Shown in pieces: positions 1-13,300 of a stretch of DNA of 64,000 bases. The number at the start of each line of letters is the position of its first letter. Positions within the stretch are counted from its first letter, which is position 1. Made by a program: the position numbers and the translations under genes. The stretch is from Dendrobates tinctorius. Lineage: Eukaryota. The notes below the pieces were generated by a model. It was not told the DNA's origin, searched no databases, and saw only the letters and a program-made list of their open reading frames with translations. The stretch lies in NCBI RefSeq assembly GCF_039654945.1, contig NW_027361726.1, positions 26,040,001 to 26,104,000 of the forward strand. The letters are read 5' to 3'.

Positions 1-1250
1 CTTGCCTCCTGCTGGCATTGCCCTCCTCGCCCTCTACTGCCATTACCCTCCTTGCTTCCTGCTGGCATTACCCTCCTCGCCTCCTGCTGACATTACCCTC
101 CTCACCCTATACTGCCATTACCCTCCTTGCCTCCTGCTGGCATTGCCCTCCTGGCCTCCTACTGCCATTACCCTCCTGGTCTCCTGCTGGCATTACCCTC
201 CTTGCCTTCTCTTGACAATACCCTCCTGGCCTACTACTGCCATTACCCTTCTGGCCTCATTCTGGCATTACCCTCCTCACTTCCTGCTGGCACTACCCTC
301 CTGGCCTCCTGCTAGCATTACCCTCCTCACCTCCCACTGCCATTACCATCCTTACCACTTACCTCTTCCTGTCTTTACCCTCCTCACCTCCTCTTGTCAT
401 TACCCTCCTTGCCTCCTCTTAGCATTACCCTCCTCGCCTCCTGCTGACATTATCTTCCTCGCCTCCTGCTGCCATTACCCTCCTCCTGTCTTTACCCTCC
501 TTGCTTCCTGCTGCCATTACCCTCCTGGCCTCCTGCTGCCATTACCCTCCTGGCCTCCTCTTGACATTACCCTCTTGGCCTACTACTGCCATTACCCTCC
601 TGGCCTCATTCTGGCATTACCCTCCTCGCTTCCTGCTGCCACTACCCTCCTGGCATCCTGCTGGCATCACCCTTCTCACCTCCCGCTGCCAGTACCATCC
701 TTACCTCTTCCTGTCTTTACCCTCCTCACCTCCTCTTGTCATTACCCTCCTCGCCTCCTCTTGGCATTACCTCTTGGCACTACCCTACTCACCTCCTCTT
801 GTCATTACCCTCTTCAACTCATCTTGTCATTACCCTCCTTACCTCCTCTTGTCATTATACTCACCACCTCTTACATTACCCTTCTTGCCTCCTACTGCCA
901 TTACCCCTCTCGCCTCCTCCTGGCATTACCCTTCTTATAGCCTCCTGGTATTACTCTCCTAGCCTCCTGCTGCCTTTACTTTCCTCGCCTGTTGCTGGCA
1001 TTACTCTCCTGGCCTCCTCATGGCATTACCCTCCTCACATCCTCTTGGAATTACCCTCGTTGCCTCCTCTTGGCAGTAACCTCCTCGTCTCCTCTTGGCA
1101 TTATCCTCCTACTGCCATTAACATCCTCACCTCCAATGCAATTACCCTCTTTGACTCCTGCTGAATTACCCTCCTTGCCTCCTCTTGTCATTAACCTCCT
1201 CGCCTCCTCTTGGCATTACCCTCGTTGCCTCCTCTTGGCATTACCCTCCT
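1..1250. repeat. Degenerate pyrimidine-rich minisatellite, ~25-bp unit (CATTACCCTCCTCGCCTCCTGCTGG); runs off the window start
   Basis: CATTACCCTC recurs at ~25-bp spacing (e.g. 41, 66). The ORFs over this region are repeat translations. Confidence 0.9.
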
Positions 1251-2764
1251 TTTTTCTTCTTGTGTCCCTGGATTCTTATATCTCCATTTTTCACTCTCCT
1301 TTCAAGTTATTGTAAAAAGTTTTCTTTCTGAATAACTGTACAGATTGGAGATTATCTGCAGCCTAAACAGCAGGCAGGGAATAGCAGACTGCTGACTGTG
1401 ATGCTGAGCGGAGGCTCAGCGAGATGCCAGCAGACTGCGCCTGCCAGGAAAGACCCTAAGAAGCAGTGGAGATTCTTCAGCCTCGTTGGCTACAAAAGAC
1501 TCAAGGTTATTTAGCAACAAAATTGCATTTTTTTGCAAACAGTAAGCGCCTCTCGCTCCCCGGTAATTAGCCACAATGGAATTCTGCAAAGGTCAATGGC
1601 TTGAAATATAGACTTGTGTGTAAAGAAAAACCCAAAATGATGGTTGGCATCCATTAACTCCAGTCACAGTTACCCCGGGATCTTCTTCTATCACCGTCTC
1701 AGGGTTTCCAAGTCTGATTCAAGTGTGTTCTGAGAAGATGAACATCTGTTGAGTTTCCTCGGGCAAATCTATTCAGAAACTGCTTTATCACAAGCAACTG
1801 AGCCCCCGTCTGTCAGGACGTAGCCCGGGAACCAACGTCTGTTCCAAGTGGAAACCTCACTCCATTTTCAGATTTTACACAGATAAAAGCGTCCGGGGCT
1901 GATGTGAGGATTCGCACCGGGTGCAGGATGGAGGCTGACTCAAATATGAATATTCAGTAAGAAGCAAAACTTTTTTGAGCATAAAGGGCAGAATCCGAAA
2001 ACCTGTACCGCTCCATAGAGAATTCCTTTAACAACATGTAGTCACAGTGCCACCCTTTTATAATAGCCCCGATCTGCAGTTCTATAGTAAAGCAAGAAAG
2101 CTTCTTCTAATGGGCAATTATTGCACCCTGAGAAACAGAAAACTGCCACGGTATTGAATAAAAATACGTTTCCACTTTCAAAAAGGGTCTTCATCGGGTA
2201 CAAGTAAGCAAGTTTTGTCCTTTGGTTAAGATCTGGTGCAGAATCTGTTCTGATCACTTTTTTTTGACCTGCGCCGCTGGTATAATATGGATACACTAAT
2301 ACACACAGAGGTTCTAGGGTGTACACAGGGTAGCTCACATAGGCGTCCTGCCGGGTGTTGCAGGCCCCCAGAATCTGTACTGTGGCCTGGGTTTTTAGAA
2401 AGCCTGATATTATGGGCTCACCTCGTGAAGTGGATTCTCTAAGCTGTAGGTCAGAGACAGACTGCATGGATCAGAGAGGATCAGGCTACAGAGTTTGTTG
2501 GACAGCATATGGGCAGGCAAAGCTGGAAGCACTCAATGTTGCTAGAGGGCAGTTAATTACAGGAACAGCAGAGAAGAATATGCAATCAGGAACTTGCAGC
2601 GGGTATATTGTTAACAGCAGAGACATATGCAATCAGGGACTTGCTGCAAGGATGAGGTTAATAACAGATGTACAGTATGTGCAATCAGAGGCTAGCATCA
2701 AGGCTGAGGGTAATAGCAGAGGCATAAATGCATTAAATGGTTTGTGTTTGGGTGAAGCCATTTA

Positions 2765-3397
2765 GGCTGGAGTCACACTAACCTGCGCAAAATACGGCCA
2801 GTATTTTACATGCGTAATACGGATGACAGACCCCTAAACAGTGCTCCGTATGTCATCCGTAATCAAGGTGTGGTCGCGTATTTTGCGCATGTCAGCATCC
2901 GTATGTAATCCGTATGGCATCCGTATGGCGAGACTTTCTCGCAGGCTTGCAAAATGGACATATAATGGAGCCCTATGACAGTTTTAATAAAGAAATGAAA
3001 GAATAGATATACACACATAGAATGCATATATATATATGTATTCTATGTGTCTATATCTATTCTTTCATTTCTTTATTAAACCTGTCAGTGTGAGTTTACT
3101 GTATAGCGCACTGAATTGCCGGCTTTGCTAAAAGACACCGGGTGCGTATTTCTCGCAAGTCACACGTGTGGTCCGTGTGTAATCCGTATTTTTTGCGCAC
3201 CCATAGACTTGCATTGGCGTATTACGGGCGTAGTACGCTGACAATCGCAGCATGCTGCGAGTGGCACGGAGCGTAGGGTACTGAGGAGAAATATACGGCT
3301 GGTGCGAGGGACCCCATAGAGAATCATTGGTCCGTGTCTAATGCGTGCTTTTTGCACCTCTCACTCTCCCGTATTCCTCGCCAGTGTGACCCCGGCC
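2765..3397. mobile_element. PIF/Harbinger-type MITE
   Basis: TIRs GGCTGGAGTCACACT / AGTGTGACCCCGGCC; TTA target duplication at 2762-2764 and 3398-3400; no coding capacity. Confidence 0.85.
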
Positions 3398-3631
3398 TTA
3401 TTGTCAAACTACTTAGAAAGAGAAAACACAGTAGTTTGACAATAAATGGCTTCACCCAACCACTAACCATGAGTGGAGAAAAAGGTTTGGTTTTATTATT
3501 CATATTCTCTGAAAAAAGGCTGAAAAAGCAAAAATTCTGACGGGGTATGTAAACTTTTGAGCACAACTGTATGTATATGTAATGTCTGTATTGTGTGTGT
3601 AATGTGAGTATATATATGTGTCTATGTAATG

Positions 3632-3788
3632 NNNNNNNNNNNNNNNNNNNNNNNNNNNNNNNNNNNNNNNNNNNNNNNNNNNNNNNNNNNNNNNNNNNNN
3701 NNNNNNNNNNNNNNNNNNNNNNNNNNNNNNNNNNNNNNNNNNNNNNNNNNNNNNNNNNNNNNNNNNNNNNNNNNNNNNNNNNNNNNNN
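3632..3788. other. Assembly gap (N run)
   Basis: Run of n characters. Confidence 0.99.
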
Positions 3789-4077
3789 GCAAGTTACAAG
3801 AATTTTTGTTACAGTTAAAGTATCAATAAACAAAAGAAAAAAGGTATAAAAACAAAACCAAATAAAGAAAAACTAAAACCACAGCGAGGCATGGGGCGGC
3901 CTCTGACCCATTCGTTGTGGACAATTTTCACTACAAGCTTCGCTGAACACAAATGATATCCACATCTCCAAAGCAATTTGTGAACTCTGTGGACTGACCC
4001 CTTTGGGCGGTAACAAGGATGGAGGCTTATCCTATAGACATTTTATGGGCCAAACCAGACAGAAATACATATGCTTC

Positions 4078-4410
4078 TTAAAGGGGTTTTCAGTACTTAG
4101 ATGTGGACGGACCATCCTTGGGATATATCATTAATATCAGATCGGTGGAGGTCGTATCCCTGCACCCCACAATCAGCAGTGAACGGATGGGCAGTGTAAG
4201 GAGTCAGGATAGCACAGCGCCATATTCAGGGTAGTGGCCGTTCTCAGTACTGCGACTCTGCTTCTATTGACGTGAATGTGATCTCAGCTGCAGTACTGAG
4301 AACGGCCACTAGACAGTGTATAGAGTAGAGCTTTTCACTGCAGGAGCTGATGGCATCTTTGGAGGTGCCAGACCCCACAAATCTGATACAAATGATTTAT
4401 CCCAATGGTG
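4078..4410. mobile_element. Degenerate Kolobok/T2-type MITE (TTAA-AGGGG terminus) with internal palindrome, followed by a SINE
   Basis: TTAAAGGGGTTTTC start; perfect 22-bp inverted repeat at 4232-4253 / 4290-4311; right terminus not identified. Confidence 0.5.
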
Positions 4411-4516
4411 GGCAGCACCGTGGCTCAGTGGATAACATGGCAGCTGGAGTCCTCGGTTCGAATTCCACCAAAGACAACATCTGCAAGGAGTTTGTATGTT
4501 CTCCCTGTGTTTGCGT

Positions 4517-4547
<31 letters not shown>

Positions 4548-4680
4548 ACATTACAAAGACATACTGATAGGGAATTTAGATTGTGAGCCCCATCGGGGAC
4601 AGTGATGATAATGTGTGCAAACGGTAAAGCGCTGCGGAATATGTTAGCGCTATATAAAAATAAAGATTATTATTATTATT
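4411..4680 (+). mobile_element. tRNA-derived V-SINE with L2-like 3' tail
   Basis: A-box-like GTGGCTCAGTGG, B-box GGTTCGAATTCC, V-domain (GGAGTTTGTATGTTCTCCCTGTGTTTGCGTGGGTTTCCTCCGGG...TTCCTCCCACA), AATAAA and (ATT)n tail. Confidence 0.9.
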
Positions 4681-6137
4681 AGTGGTCCAGTAATGTTTTT
4701 CTCTAGCACAGTACTGTTAATATCAGTCCTAATAAAGTCTTCACTTGTCAAGATCTTGGCTTGCCGGCAGTGGACTTGAACATGGCTCCGTCCCTTTATG
4801 AGGACTGTACACACAGCACTGTAATGGATGAGTGCACATGATAACGCCTCGTTTTACGGGATTCAGCCCCACAGTATTTCCCGGGTGGCGAGGTATACAG
4901 TATATGTGGCATATAATTATCCGCGGGCCCTCGGCTGACATTCTCGGCACAGATCCATATTTCCTGGGCTGTTTTGTGTACTGTGATATACACGGGTTAT
5001 TGTGCTCAAATGAAAGCTAACGAGTTCCTAAGACAACAAGTGATTCACTCGCCCGAGTTTTACCCAACGAGCGGCCGGCGCTGATAATGAAGCTGCCTGA
5101 GTCATGGCGCTATTGATCTGACAGCCGCATGTATAGAGCCGGTGTCAGAACACACAATAACATCTACACGTCTTCTTTATGGCGACTGCCGTCTTCTCTC
5201 CGTGCTGCTGAGCCGTCGCCATCGATTTCAATGCATTGAGGCGAGAAAAGTCACCGGCAGAAGAGCAAAGGATCCGGCAGTAGAAAATTGTGCGCTACCA
5301 CCTGCGTCCTCCGGGGGCGCCACGTCCGGGTGTCACTGACTATATACCGTCCACGACACACGGTTACATCATAAATTGCACAGAGGAGCACACAACATGA
5401 CCATCCCCCTGACTCCAGCTGCTCTGCCCGGGTCTCTGTAGTTCTGGCATTCTGTGCATGAATCAGGAGGCCCAGGATGAAAACATCAATGTCAGCTGTG
5501 GTAGATCTGCAGTCGAACTTCGTAATTTGCAGTAAATTAGCAATGATGCTGTGCGTCCCCTGTAAAGGGTTGTCTGGTGCACGAACCGCGTATCTGGAAA
5601 AATACATGTCTGATTGGCAGATACCGTGTGCCACGCGGATTGCAATGTCATTGGGACCAGAAGCCAACGGTGCTGGACATCAATGGCTCAAACAGGCAAA
5701 AGGGCAATTTCTTCTTTAAAGGGGTTATCCAATAATATACCTACATGGCTGCTGTCTCTCAGCGCCGCCCTTGACCACGTCTTGTACCTGGCATTGCTGC
5801 TGAGCTCCATTCACTGCCATGGGCTGACCTGCAAGTTTCTGAAAGAAATTTCTTTCTGCAGTATACCTTCCAGTCTCATGAAATATCTAATCCTTACTTG
5901 TAATTTATCGCTGCTTTGGCTGTGTGTCCGTCTGTACTGTAGGTGTTGCATTGAATCAGGAGATCAGGATGAGCATTGTCATAAACGATCTCCAGATCAG
6001 GGAGTTGTGCAAAGACTCATTACACAATGCTGATCTATATATGATCTCTGTGATGGATACATTGCAATATGAGGATGTATTATTGACCCTCCTCATATCT
6101 GGAGTCCAGCTACCTGCGATAACAGTGCACCTGCTAC

Positions 6138-8527
6138 TCTGGAACATCCTCGGCCCCATAAGAGTTTTCTATATCGGAACGTCCTCGGCCCCATAAGATC
6201 TTTCTATATCGGTACCTCCTCGGCCTCATAAGAGCTTTCTATACCTGAACGTCCTCGGCCCCATGAGAGCTTTCTGTACCGGAACGTCCTCTGCCCCTTA
6301 AAAGCTTTCTATACTGGAACGTCCTCTGCCCCATAAGAGCTTTCTATACGGGAATGTCCTCTGCCCCATAAGAGCTTTCTATACCGGAACATCCTCTTCC
6401 CCATAAGAGCTTTCTATACCGGAACGTCCTCTGCCCCATAAGAGCTTTCTATACCGGAACGTCCTAGGCCCCATAAGAGCTTTCTATACTGGAACGTCCT
6501 CTGCCCTTTAAGAGCTTTCTATACTGGAACGTCCTCTGCCCTTTAAGAGCTTTCTATACTAGAACGTCCTCTGCCCCATAAGAGCTTTCTATACTGGAAC
6601 GTCCTCTGCCCCATAAGAGCTTTCTATACTGGAATGTCCTAGGCCCCATAAGAGCTTTCTTTACTGGAACGTCCTTGGCCCCATAAGAGCTTTCTATACC
6701 GGAACGTCTTCTGCCCCATAAGAGCTTTTAATACTGGAACGTCCTTGGCCCTATACGAGCTTTCGGTACCGGAACGTCCTCTGCCCCTTAAGAGCTTTCT
6801 ATACTGGAACGTCTTCTGCCCCATAAGAGCTTTCTATACGGGAATGTCCTCTGCCCCATAAGAGCTTTCTATACCGGAACGTCCTCTGCCCCATAAGAGC
6901 TTTCTATACTGGAACGTCCTCTGCCCCATAAGAGCTTTTTATACTGGAACGTCCTTGGCCCCATAGAGCTTTCTGTACCGGAATGTCTTTTGCTCCATAA
7001 GAGCTTTCTATACCGGAACGTCCTCGGCCCCATAAGAGCTTTCTATACCGGAATGTCTTCTGCCCCATAAGAGCTTTTTATACTGGAACATCCTTGGCCC
7101 CATAAGAGCTTTCTATACGGGAATGTCCTCTGCCCCATAAGAGCTTTCTATACTGGAACGTCCTTGGCCCCATAAGAGCTTTCTGTACCGGAACGTCCTC
7201 TGCTCCATAAGAGCTTTCTATACTGGATCGTCCTCTGCCCCATAAGAGCTTTCTATACGGGAATGTCCTCTGCCCCATAAGAGCTTTCTATACCGGAACA
7301 TCCTCTGCCCCATAAGAGCTTTCTATACTGGAACGTCCTCTGCCCCATAAGAGATTTCTATACTGGAATGTCCTAGGCCCCATAAGAGCTTTCTATACCG
7401 GAATGTCCTCGGCCCCATAAGAGCTTTCTATACCGGAATGTCCTCGGCCCCATAAGAGCTTTCTATACCGGAATGTCCTCGGCCCCATAAGAGCTTTCTA
7501 TACCGGAACGTCCTCTGCCCCATAAGAACTTTCTATACCGGAATGTCCTCAGCCCCATAAGAGCTTTCTATACCGGAATGTCCTTGTCCCCATAAGAGCT
7601 TTCTATACTGGAACGTCCTCGGCCCCATAAGAGCTTTCTGTACCGGAACGTCCTCTGCTCCATAAGAGCTTTCTATACTGGATCGTCCTCTGCCCCATAA
7701 GAGCTTTCTATACGGGAATGTCCTCTGCCCCATAAGAGCTTTCTATACCGGAACATCCTCTGCCCCATAAGAGCTTTCTATACTGGAACGTCCTCTGCCC
7801 CATAAGAGATTTCTATACTGGAATGTCCTAGGCCCCATAAGAGCTTTCTATACCGGAATGTCCTCGGCCCCATAAGAGCTTTCTATACCGGAATGTCCTC
7901 GGCCCCATAAGAGCTTTCTATACCGGAATGTCCTCGGCCCCATAAGAGCTTTCTATACCGGAACGTCCTCTGCCCCATAAGAACTTTCTATACCGGAATG
8001 TCCTCAGCCCCATAAGAGCTTTCTATACCGGAATGTCCTTGTCCCCATAAGAGCTTTCTATACCGGAATGTCCTTGTCCCCATAAGAGCTTTCTATACTG
8101 GAACGTCCTCGGCCCCATAAGAGCTTTCTGTACCGGAACGTCCTCTGCTCCATAAGAGCTTTCTATACTGGATCGTCCTCTGCCCCATAAGAGCTTTCTA
8201 TACGGGAATGTCCTCTGCCCCATAAGAGCTTTCTATACCGGAACATCCTCTGCCCCATAAGAGCTTTCTATACTGGAACGTCCTCTGCCCCATAAGAGAT
8301 TTCTATACTGGAATGTCCTAGGCCCCATAAGAGCTTTCTATACCGGAATGTCCTCGGCCCCATAAGAGCTTTCTATACCGGAATGTCCTCGGCCCCATAA
8401 GAGCTTTCTATACCGGAACGTCCTCTGCCCCATAAGAACTTTCTATACCGGAATGTCCTCAGCCCCATAAGAGCTTTCTATACCGGAATGTCCTTGTCCC
8501 CATAAGAGCTTTCTATACTGGAATGTC
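6138..8527. repeat. 35-bp minisatellite (CCCCATAAGAGCTTTCTATACCGGAACGTCCTCTG), ~68 copies, with 13-14-mer higher-order repeat
   Basis: 35-bp periodicity; diagnostic variant GGATCGTCC recurs at 455- and 490-bp spacing. Confidence 0.97.
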
Positions 8528-9164
8528 ATGTGTCTGTCATCTCCTATCAGACTGATACATCACTCCAGCGCTGATACACTGTAGCAAACTATCAGAATGA
8601 ACAGCAGAGGTTTGTGGTTTTAGCTCACAGGATTGTGTACACTGGATACAATTGTAGCAAACACTCAGCTGTGAGAAGAATTAACAAGAATATTTAATTC
8701 ACTGATAGCAAGCAGAACATTAAACTAGAGAGCTGCAGACTGTTTCATCACAGGAGAATGAAAGGTGTCTGAATTGTGCCGCCTTCTCCGGTGTGAGCGG
8801 AGCGATCGTTCTCTCTGGTGGTAGCTGCCGCCATTTACCTGTCACTTGGCATCACATCTAATGTGCCCACTGCTCGCCGCTGACGTCTTACATATGTTTT
8901 CCTGCAGTCCCTTTAGATGTCTGACAATTGCAGTAACGATAAAGCAGCTTTCTCAGGGGGCTGCGAGGCGTCATACAAGTATCACAAATGCATTGAATCC
9001 CAGTAAAAGATGGCAGCGAGTGCAGAGAGCTTAGTGTCAGGAGGACGGGAGATGATCAGATCTGATAGGTGCAGGTACAGGCAGCGGGTGCGGAGGAAAG
9101 AGCCAAGATTAAGAGATGTGGCGCCTACAAGAAGAGACAATGCAAAGTGACATCTCTACAGCTG

Positions 9165-9612
9165 CTGTGGTTTGTAGATCTATCGCCAGGTGTCCAGTTG
9201 TTTGTAGATCTATCTCCTGATGTCCTGTTGTTGGAGAGCTATCTCCTGGCGTCCATTGGTTTGGAGATCTATCTCCTGGCATCCAGTGGTTTGGCAATCT
9301 ATCTCCTGGCGTCCATTGGTTTGGAGATCTATCTCCTGGCGCCCATTGGTTTGGAGATCTATCTCCTGGCATCCATTGGTTTGGAGATCTCCCTGTATCC
9401 AGTTGTTTGGAGATCTGTCTCCCAGTGCGCAGTGGTTTGGAGATCTATCTCCCGATGTACAGTTGTTTGCAGATCTATCTCCCTGTGTCCAGCTGTTTGG
9501 AGATCTATCGCCTGGTCTCCAGTTGTTTGGAGATCTATCTCCTGGTGTCCAGTTGTTTGGAGATCTATCTCCCGGTGTCCAGTTGTTTGGAGATCTGTCC
9601 TCTGGTGTACAG
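9165..9612. repeat. 30-bp minisatellite (CCAGTTGTTTGGAGATCTATCTCCTGGTGT), ~15 copies
   Basis: GGAGATCTATCTC every 30 bp. Confidence 0.93.
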
Positions 9613-11083
9613 TGATTTTGTGATCCATTTCTTGGATTCCAATTTCTTGTCTGTCACTATTAACCGATCACAGCTTTTTGCCTTTATGTAACCACAGGAA
9701 GGTCACTGACAGCCGATTCGTTATCAATGGTAAGACACAGCCGCTTCTTCCTTAACAAATTCACAGGTCGGTCACAGGCCTGTGTCAGTTATTGCCAGGA
9801 ATGGATCATCTGATGGGCGTATCTGACATGTGAATGAATAATCGGTGTCCAATTACAACTCCCTGGGCAGACAACATATTGTCCCTTACTCTGGTTTCAT
9901 GGTATAGCGCCTCCTGCAGGCACCTTCCTATTTCCTTCCACATAATCTAGGAGCCGGGGAACCGTCACTTCAGAGTGGGAGATTTGTGCGCGGCCCCGGG
10001 TCACTCGCTTATTATGTACGTGATAAATTATCGACTTTTTACAACTATATTTATGTCACAAATGATTACAGCTGAATCCAATATCTGCTACAATTTACCG
10101 TCAGGACGACTGCGAGCGCCATTCAATAATTATAAAACGTTGGGGCCAATAGCTGCCCATAAAGCGTTTATTTCCCTGTTGCCTGTATTGACAATTTGGC
10201 GTTTGTGCGGTTAGTAAATCCATGATGTCCCTGCATGTTGTTTGTGTCCAGAGGTTATATATATATATCAGACGAGTGTCCGCAGCTCCGATCCATAAAC
10301 AATGTGGCTCATTTATGGGAGAATGTAATCAGCTGGCAATTATCCCCCTGGGCCTTAGAAATACAATAAAGAGATACATCATTTACCAACATTACACCAA
10401 TTTACCGTGCGCGGCCCAAGTGTGCTGAGCAAGGACTATTGGCCGATCCCACTGCTGAGGTTTATTACAGCACTGTATATAAAGCAGGAGGAGGAAGCCT
10501 GCGGCGAGCAACGGACCGCGGACACGGAGGAGGGCGGCTGATGTACTTGTATATTCAGTATAAGGTCATTAGACAATATTGTATCAGAAATATCACACTA
10601 TTCCGAATCATACATTGCATTGTATGAAAGTATATTTTACACAATGTTGGCTTACTGAGTGAGGCGGATCCCCTAAGGCCAGGATGCAGGGTCCGGGTGG
10701 GCACAGGGGTGTCACTGCAACAGCTAGGTGGAGCACACAGAACGCGCGACAGCTGAGGGACTGGAAATAACAGGTATGCTATTAACTGGTGGAATGCTCG
10801 AAACCGAAGGCAAGTAGGAGACGTTCAGAAGACCACAGACAAGCAGGCACACACATATAAAGCAAACTAAAAGTTTTAATAAAGTCCTGGAAGCCGCAAG
10901 CAGATAGCCAGGACATTTTAAAATGTTATGAAAAAGGGAACTTTGGCCAGCACACGGCTATCACATGTGCATCTTAGTTATCCCACCGCTGCCAACAATG
11001 TGATGAAAAACAGCAAAAAAGGCTATTGACCTGTCAATTTACCACAGGGGCTTATTGTAGTTATCCCACTGCTCTCAGCAATA

Positions 11084-12228
11084 TGTCACGAACTGCAGGG
11101 ATTTATGTATATCCAACCTTCCAGTTCTGCTTGGGAACTTGCAGCTCTACGGCGCCCCCCTTACCCTCAGGTCAGTCAGGGAACTGAACCTAGGATATTT
11201 TGTCGCCGGATGGGCCGCTTCACTGTGGACTGGCTATCAGGTACGCTGCAGCGAGGGAATTATAACTGCTCTGGCCACAGCCAGACAATAGCTACTAAAA
11301 CCCGTTCCATCACTGCCAGCTTACCCACCTAGCCCAGAACACACTTTGCTGCCAGCATCTCCGATTACTCTATTAATATTTCCAAATTAATAAAGGGATA
11401 CGAAGCCAACCCAAATTAGTAGCGTAACTAACTTCAGGCACGTGTAAGTTCGTTATAGAGCATGGAGAAGACGAAACTAATAATTTTATATTTTACTCCA
11501 AAAAGGTAGGCAGTGTTTACAGAAGATTTTACAATTTGAGACAAATAAAGTATGTATAAAGCAATTACAAAATAAAGAGGATTAAAACATAAACACTCAC
11601 ATGTTGCTTAGATCATTCCAGGCTAACCATGCTGGCGAGGGTGGGGTGATACATGAAAATGCATTGGAGGGTCTTGTTGCAACAGCTTCCCAGGCAGTGA
11701 CTGAGGGGTGGGCTGACTGGCAATAACTTATACTTGTAGGCTGTGACATCACTAAAGAGGGTTTAGTTACCACCGCCCTCCCCTTTTTTCAGAGTTACAG
11801 ATTTGCTAAGAAAACTTATAATTATAATAACTTGGCTGGAGAACCTAGCAGAATAACGGCAGAACCATCACTCAACTTATCTTGGCATTCGCTTTCTAAC
11901 GACACTAAACGCAGACTGTCTATTCAACTCTGTTCAGGAGAAACCCATTTCTCAGATTCTGCTGGCGCTGGAACCGGGAAAAACACAGGCTAAGAGGCTC
12001 CGTCGACGCACGTCCCAGATATGTAATTTTCATATTTCTAACATAAACTGACGTCGCATTATGTCCAAATGATTAGATTTTAACTGTAGGCTATGGAAGA
12101 GCCAAGCACATGTTGAAGACAAAGATTCCTTGGGGAAGGGGTGAGGAGATCACACACTAGAGTATTGGATTACAGGCAGGCAAGTGAGAGATCTCCCCTG
12201 GAGCAGCTGGGAAGGGGGGTCACAGCTG

Positions 12229-12259
<31 letters not shown>

Positions 12260-12404
12260 CAGGGCTGAGGGGGAAGGAGGGGGTCGCTTGTCTCTGGGCA
12301 GCTATAACTGTAGCAGAAAGTTCAGGAATATGTGTTATTAAGGGAAACATAGGTCATATTCACATTATCGTGGAAGGGGGCATCCTGAAATCCACAGTCG
12401 GACA
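11084..12404. mobile_element. Possible solo LTR
   Basis: TGTCACGA...GTCGGACA termini; flanks AATA/CATA are only a 3/4 match; it interrupts a GGAAACC/GCAGGC-rich repeat seen on both sides (10790-10920 and 12405 onward). Confidence 0.35.
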
Positions 12405-13300
12405 CATAGAAGGCAAACTGAATGTCTTAATAAAGTCCTGGAAACCTCCGACAAGCAGGCGGGATAATGGAAACCGCAAACAGGTGAAAAACATCCAAGA
12501 GACAGCAGGCAAGCAGGCAGGATGCTGGAAACCGCTGGCAGGTAGGAGACATCCAGGAGACCAGAGGCAAACAGGCAGGATTCTACATAACCCAGGCAGG
12601 TGGGGGATATCCGGGAAACCTCAGGCAGGTGGGAGACATCCAGGAAACCACAGGCAGGCGGGATGTTGGAAATCACAAGCAGGAGGGAGACATCCATGCC
12701 ACCACAGGCAAGCAGGCAGCATGCTGGAAACCACTGGCAGGTAGGAGACATCCAGGAGATCACTGGCAAGCAGACAGGCTGATGGAAAGCAGAGGCAGCC
12801 AGGAGACAGCCAGGAAACCACAGGTAAGCAGGCATGATGCTGGAAACTGGTGGGAAACATCCAGGAGACCACAAGCAGATTGAAAGTTACTCAAAAACAT
12901 AGGCAGACTGGAGACTCAAGGACTGGAGGCTGCAGGAAGACAGGAGGCATCATGGAGATGAAGACAGGTAGCAGACAAATTTTCAGTGTAGCAAGAAAGT
13001 CCAAATCCCATGATAGCCGTATGTAGCTAGGAGACATTCTGGAAACCACCGGACATCAGCAGAGGTTCTAGAAGACCTGGAACAATTGGTAGACAGCACT
13101 CTGGAGTAACTAGAAAGTCTGAAAACCATGGAAGCTGCTGTCAGACAAGAAAAGTCCTCCACTAATGGGTAACAAGGTTACTGGAAACCGCAGGCAAGCA
13201 GGTGAAGTCCTGAAGACCACTGTCAGGTAGATGGGTTACTTGAAAATGCAGACAAGTAACTCATGAACTGGAAACCACAGACAGCTAGGAGACATCCTGA
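12405..13300. repeat. Degenerate purine-rich tandem repeat (GGAAACCACAGGCAGGCAGGAGACATCCA-like)
   Basis: Recurrent GGAAACC and GGAGACATCC motifs at irregular ~30-60-bp spacing. Confidence 0.7.

Noticed and set aside
2-1315. ORFs up to 312 aa at the window start
   Set aside because: Translations of a pyrimidine-rich 25-bp repeat that lacks stops; no domain content
1680-1760. Polypyrimidine tract plus CAG as a splice acceptor for a host exon
   Set aside because: All three frames hit stops within ~50 nt and no convincing donor site was found
4411-4480. tRNA gene
   Set aside because: The A/B boxes belong to the SINE head; no complete cloverleaf, and it continues into the V-domain and L2-like tail
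6138-8527. CRISPR-like regular 35-bp spacing
   Set aside because: Head-to-tail units with no unique spacers, eukaryotic context, no cas genes
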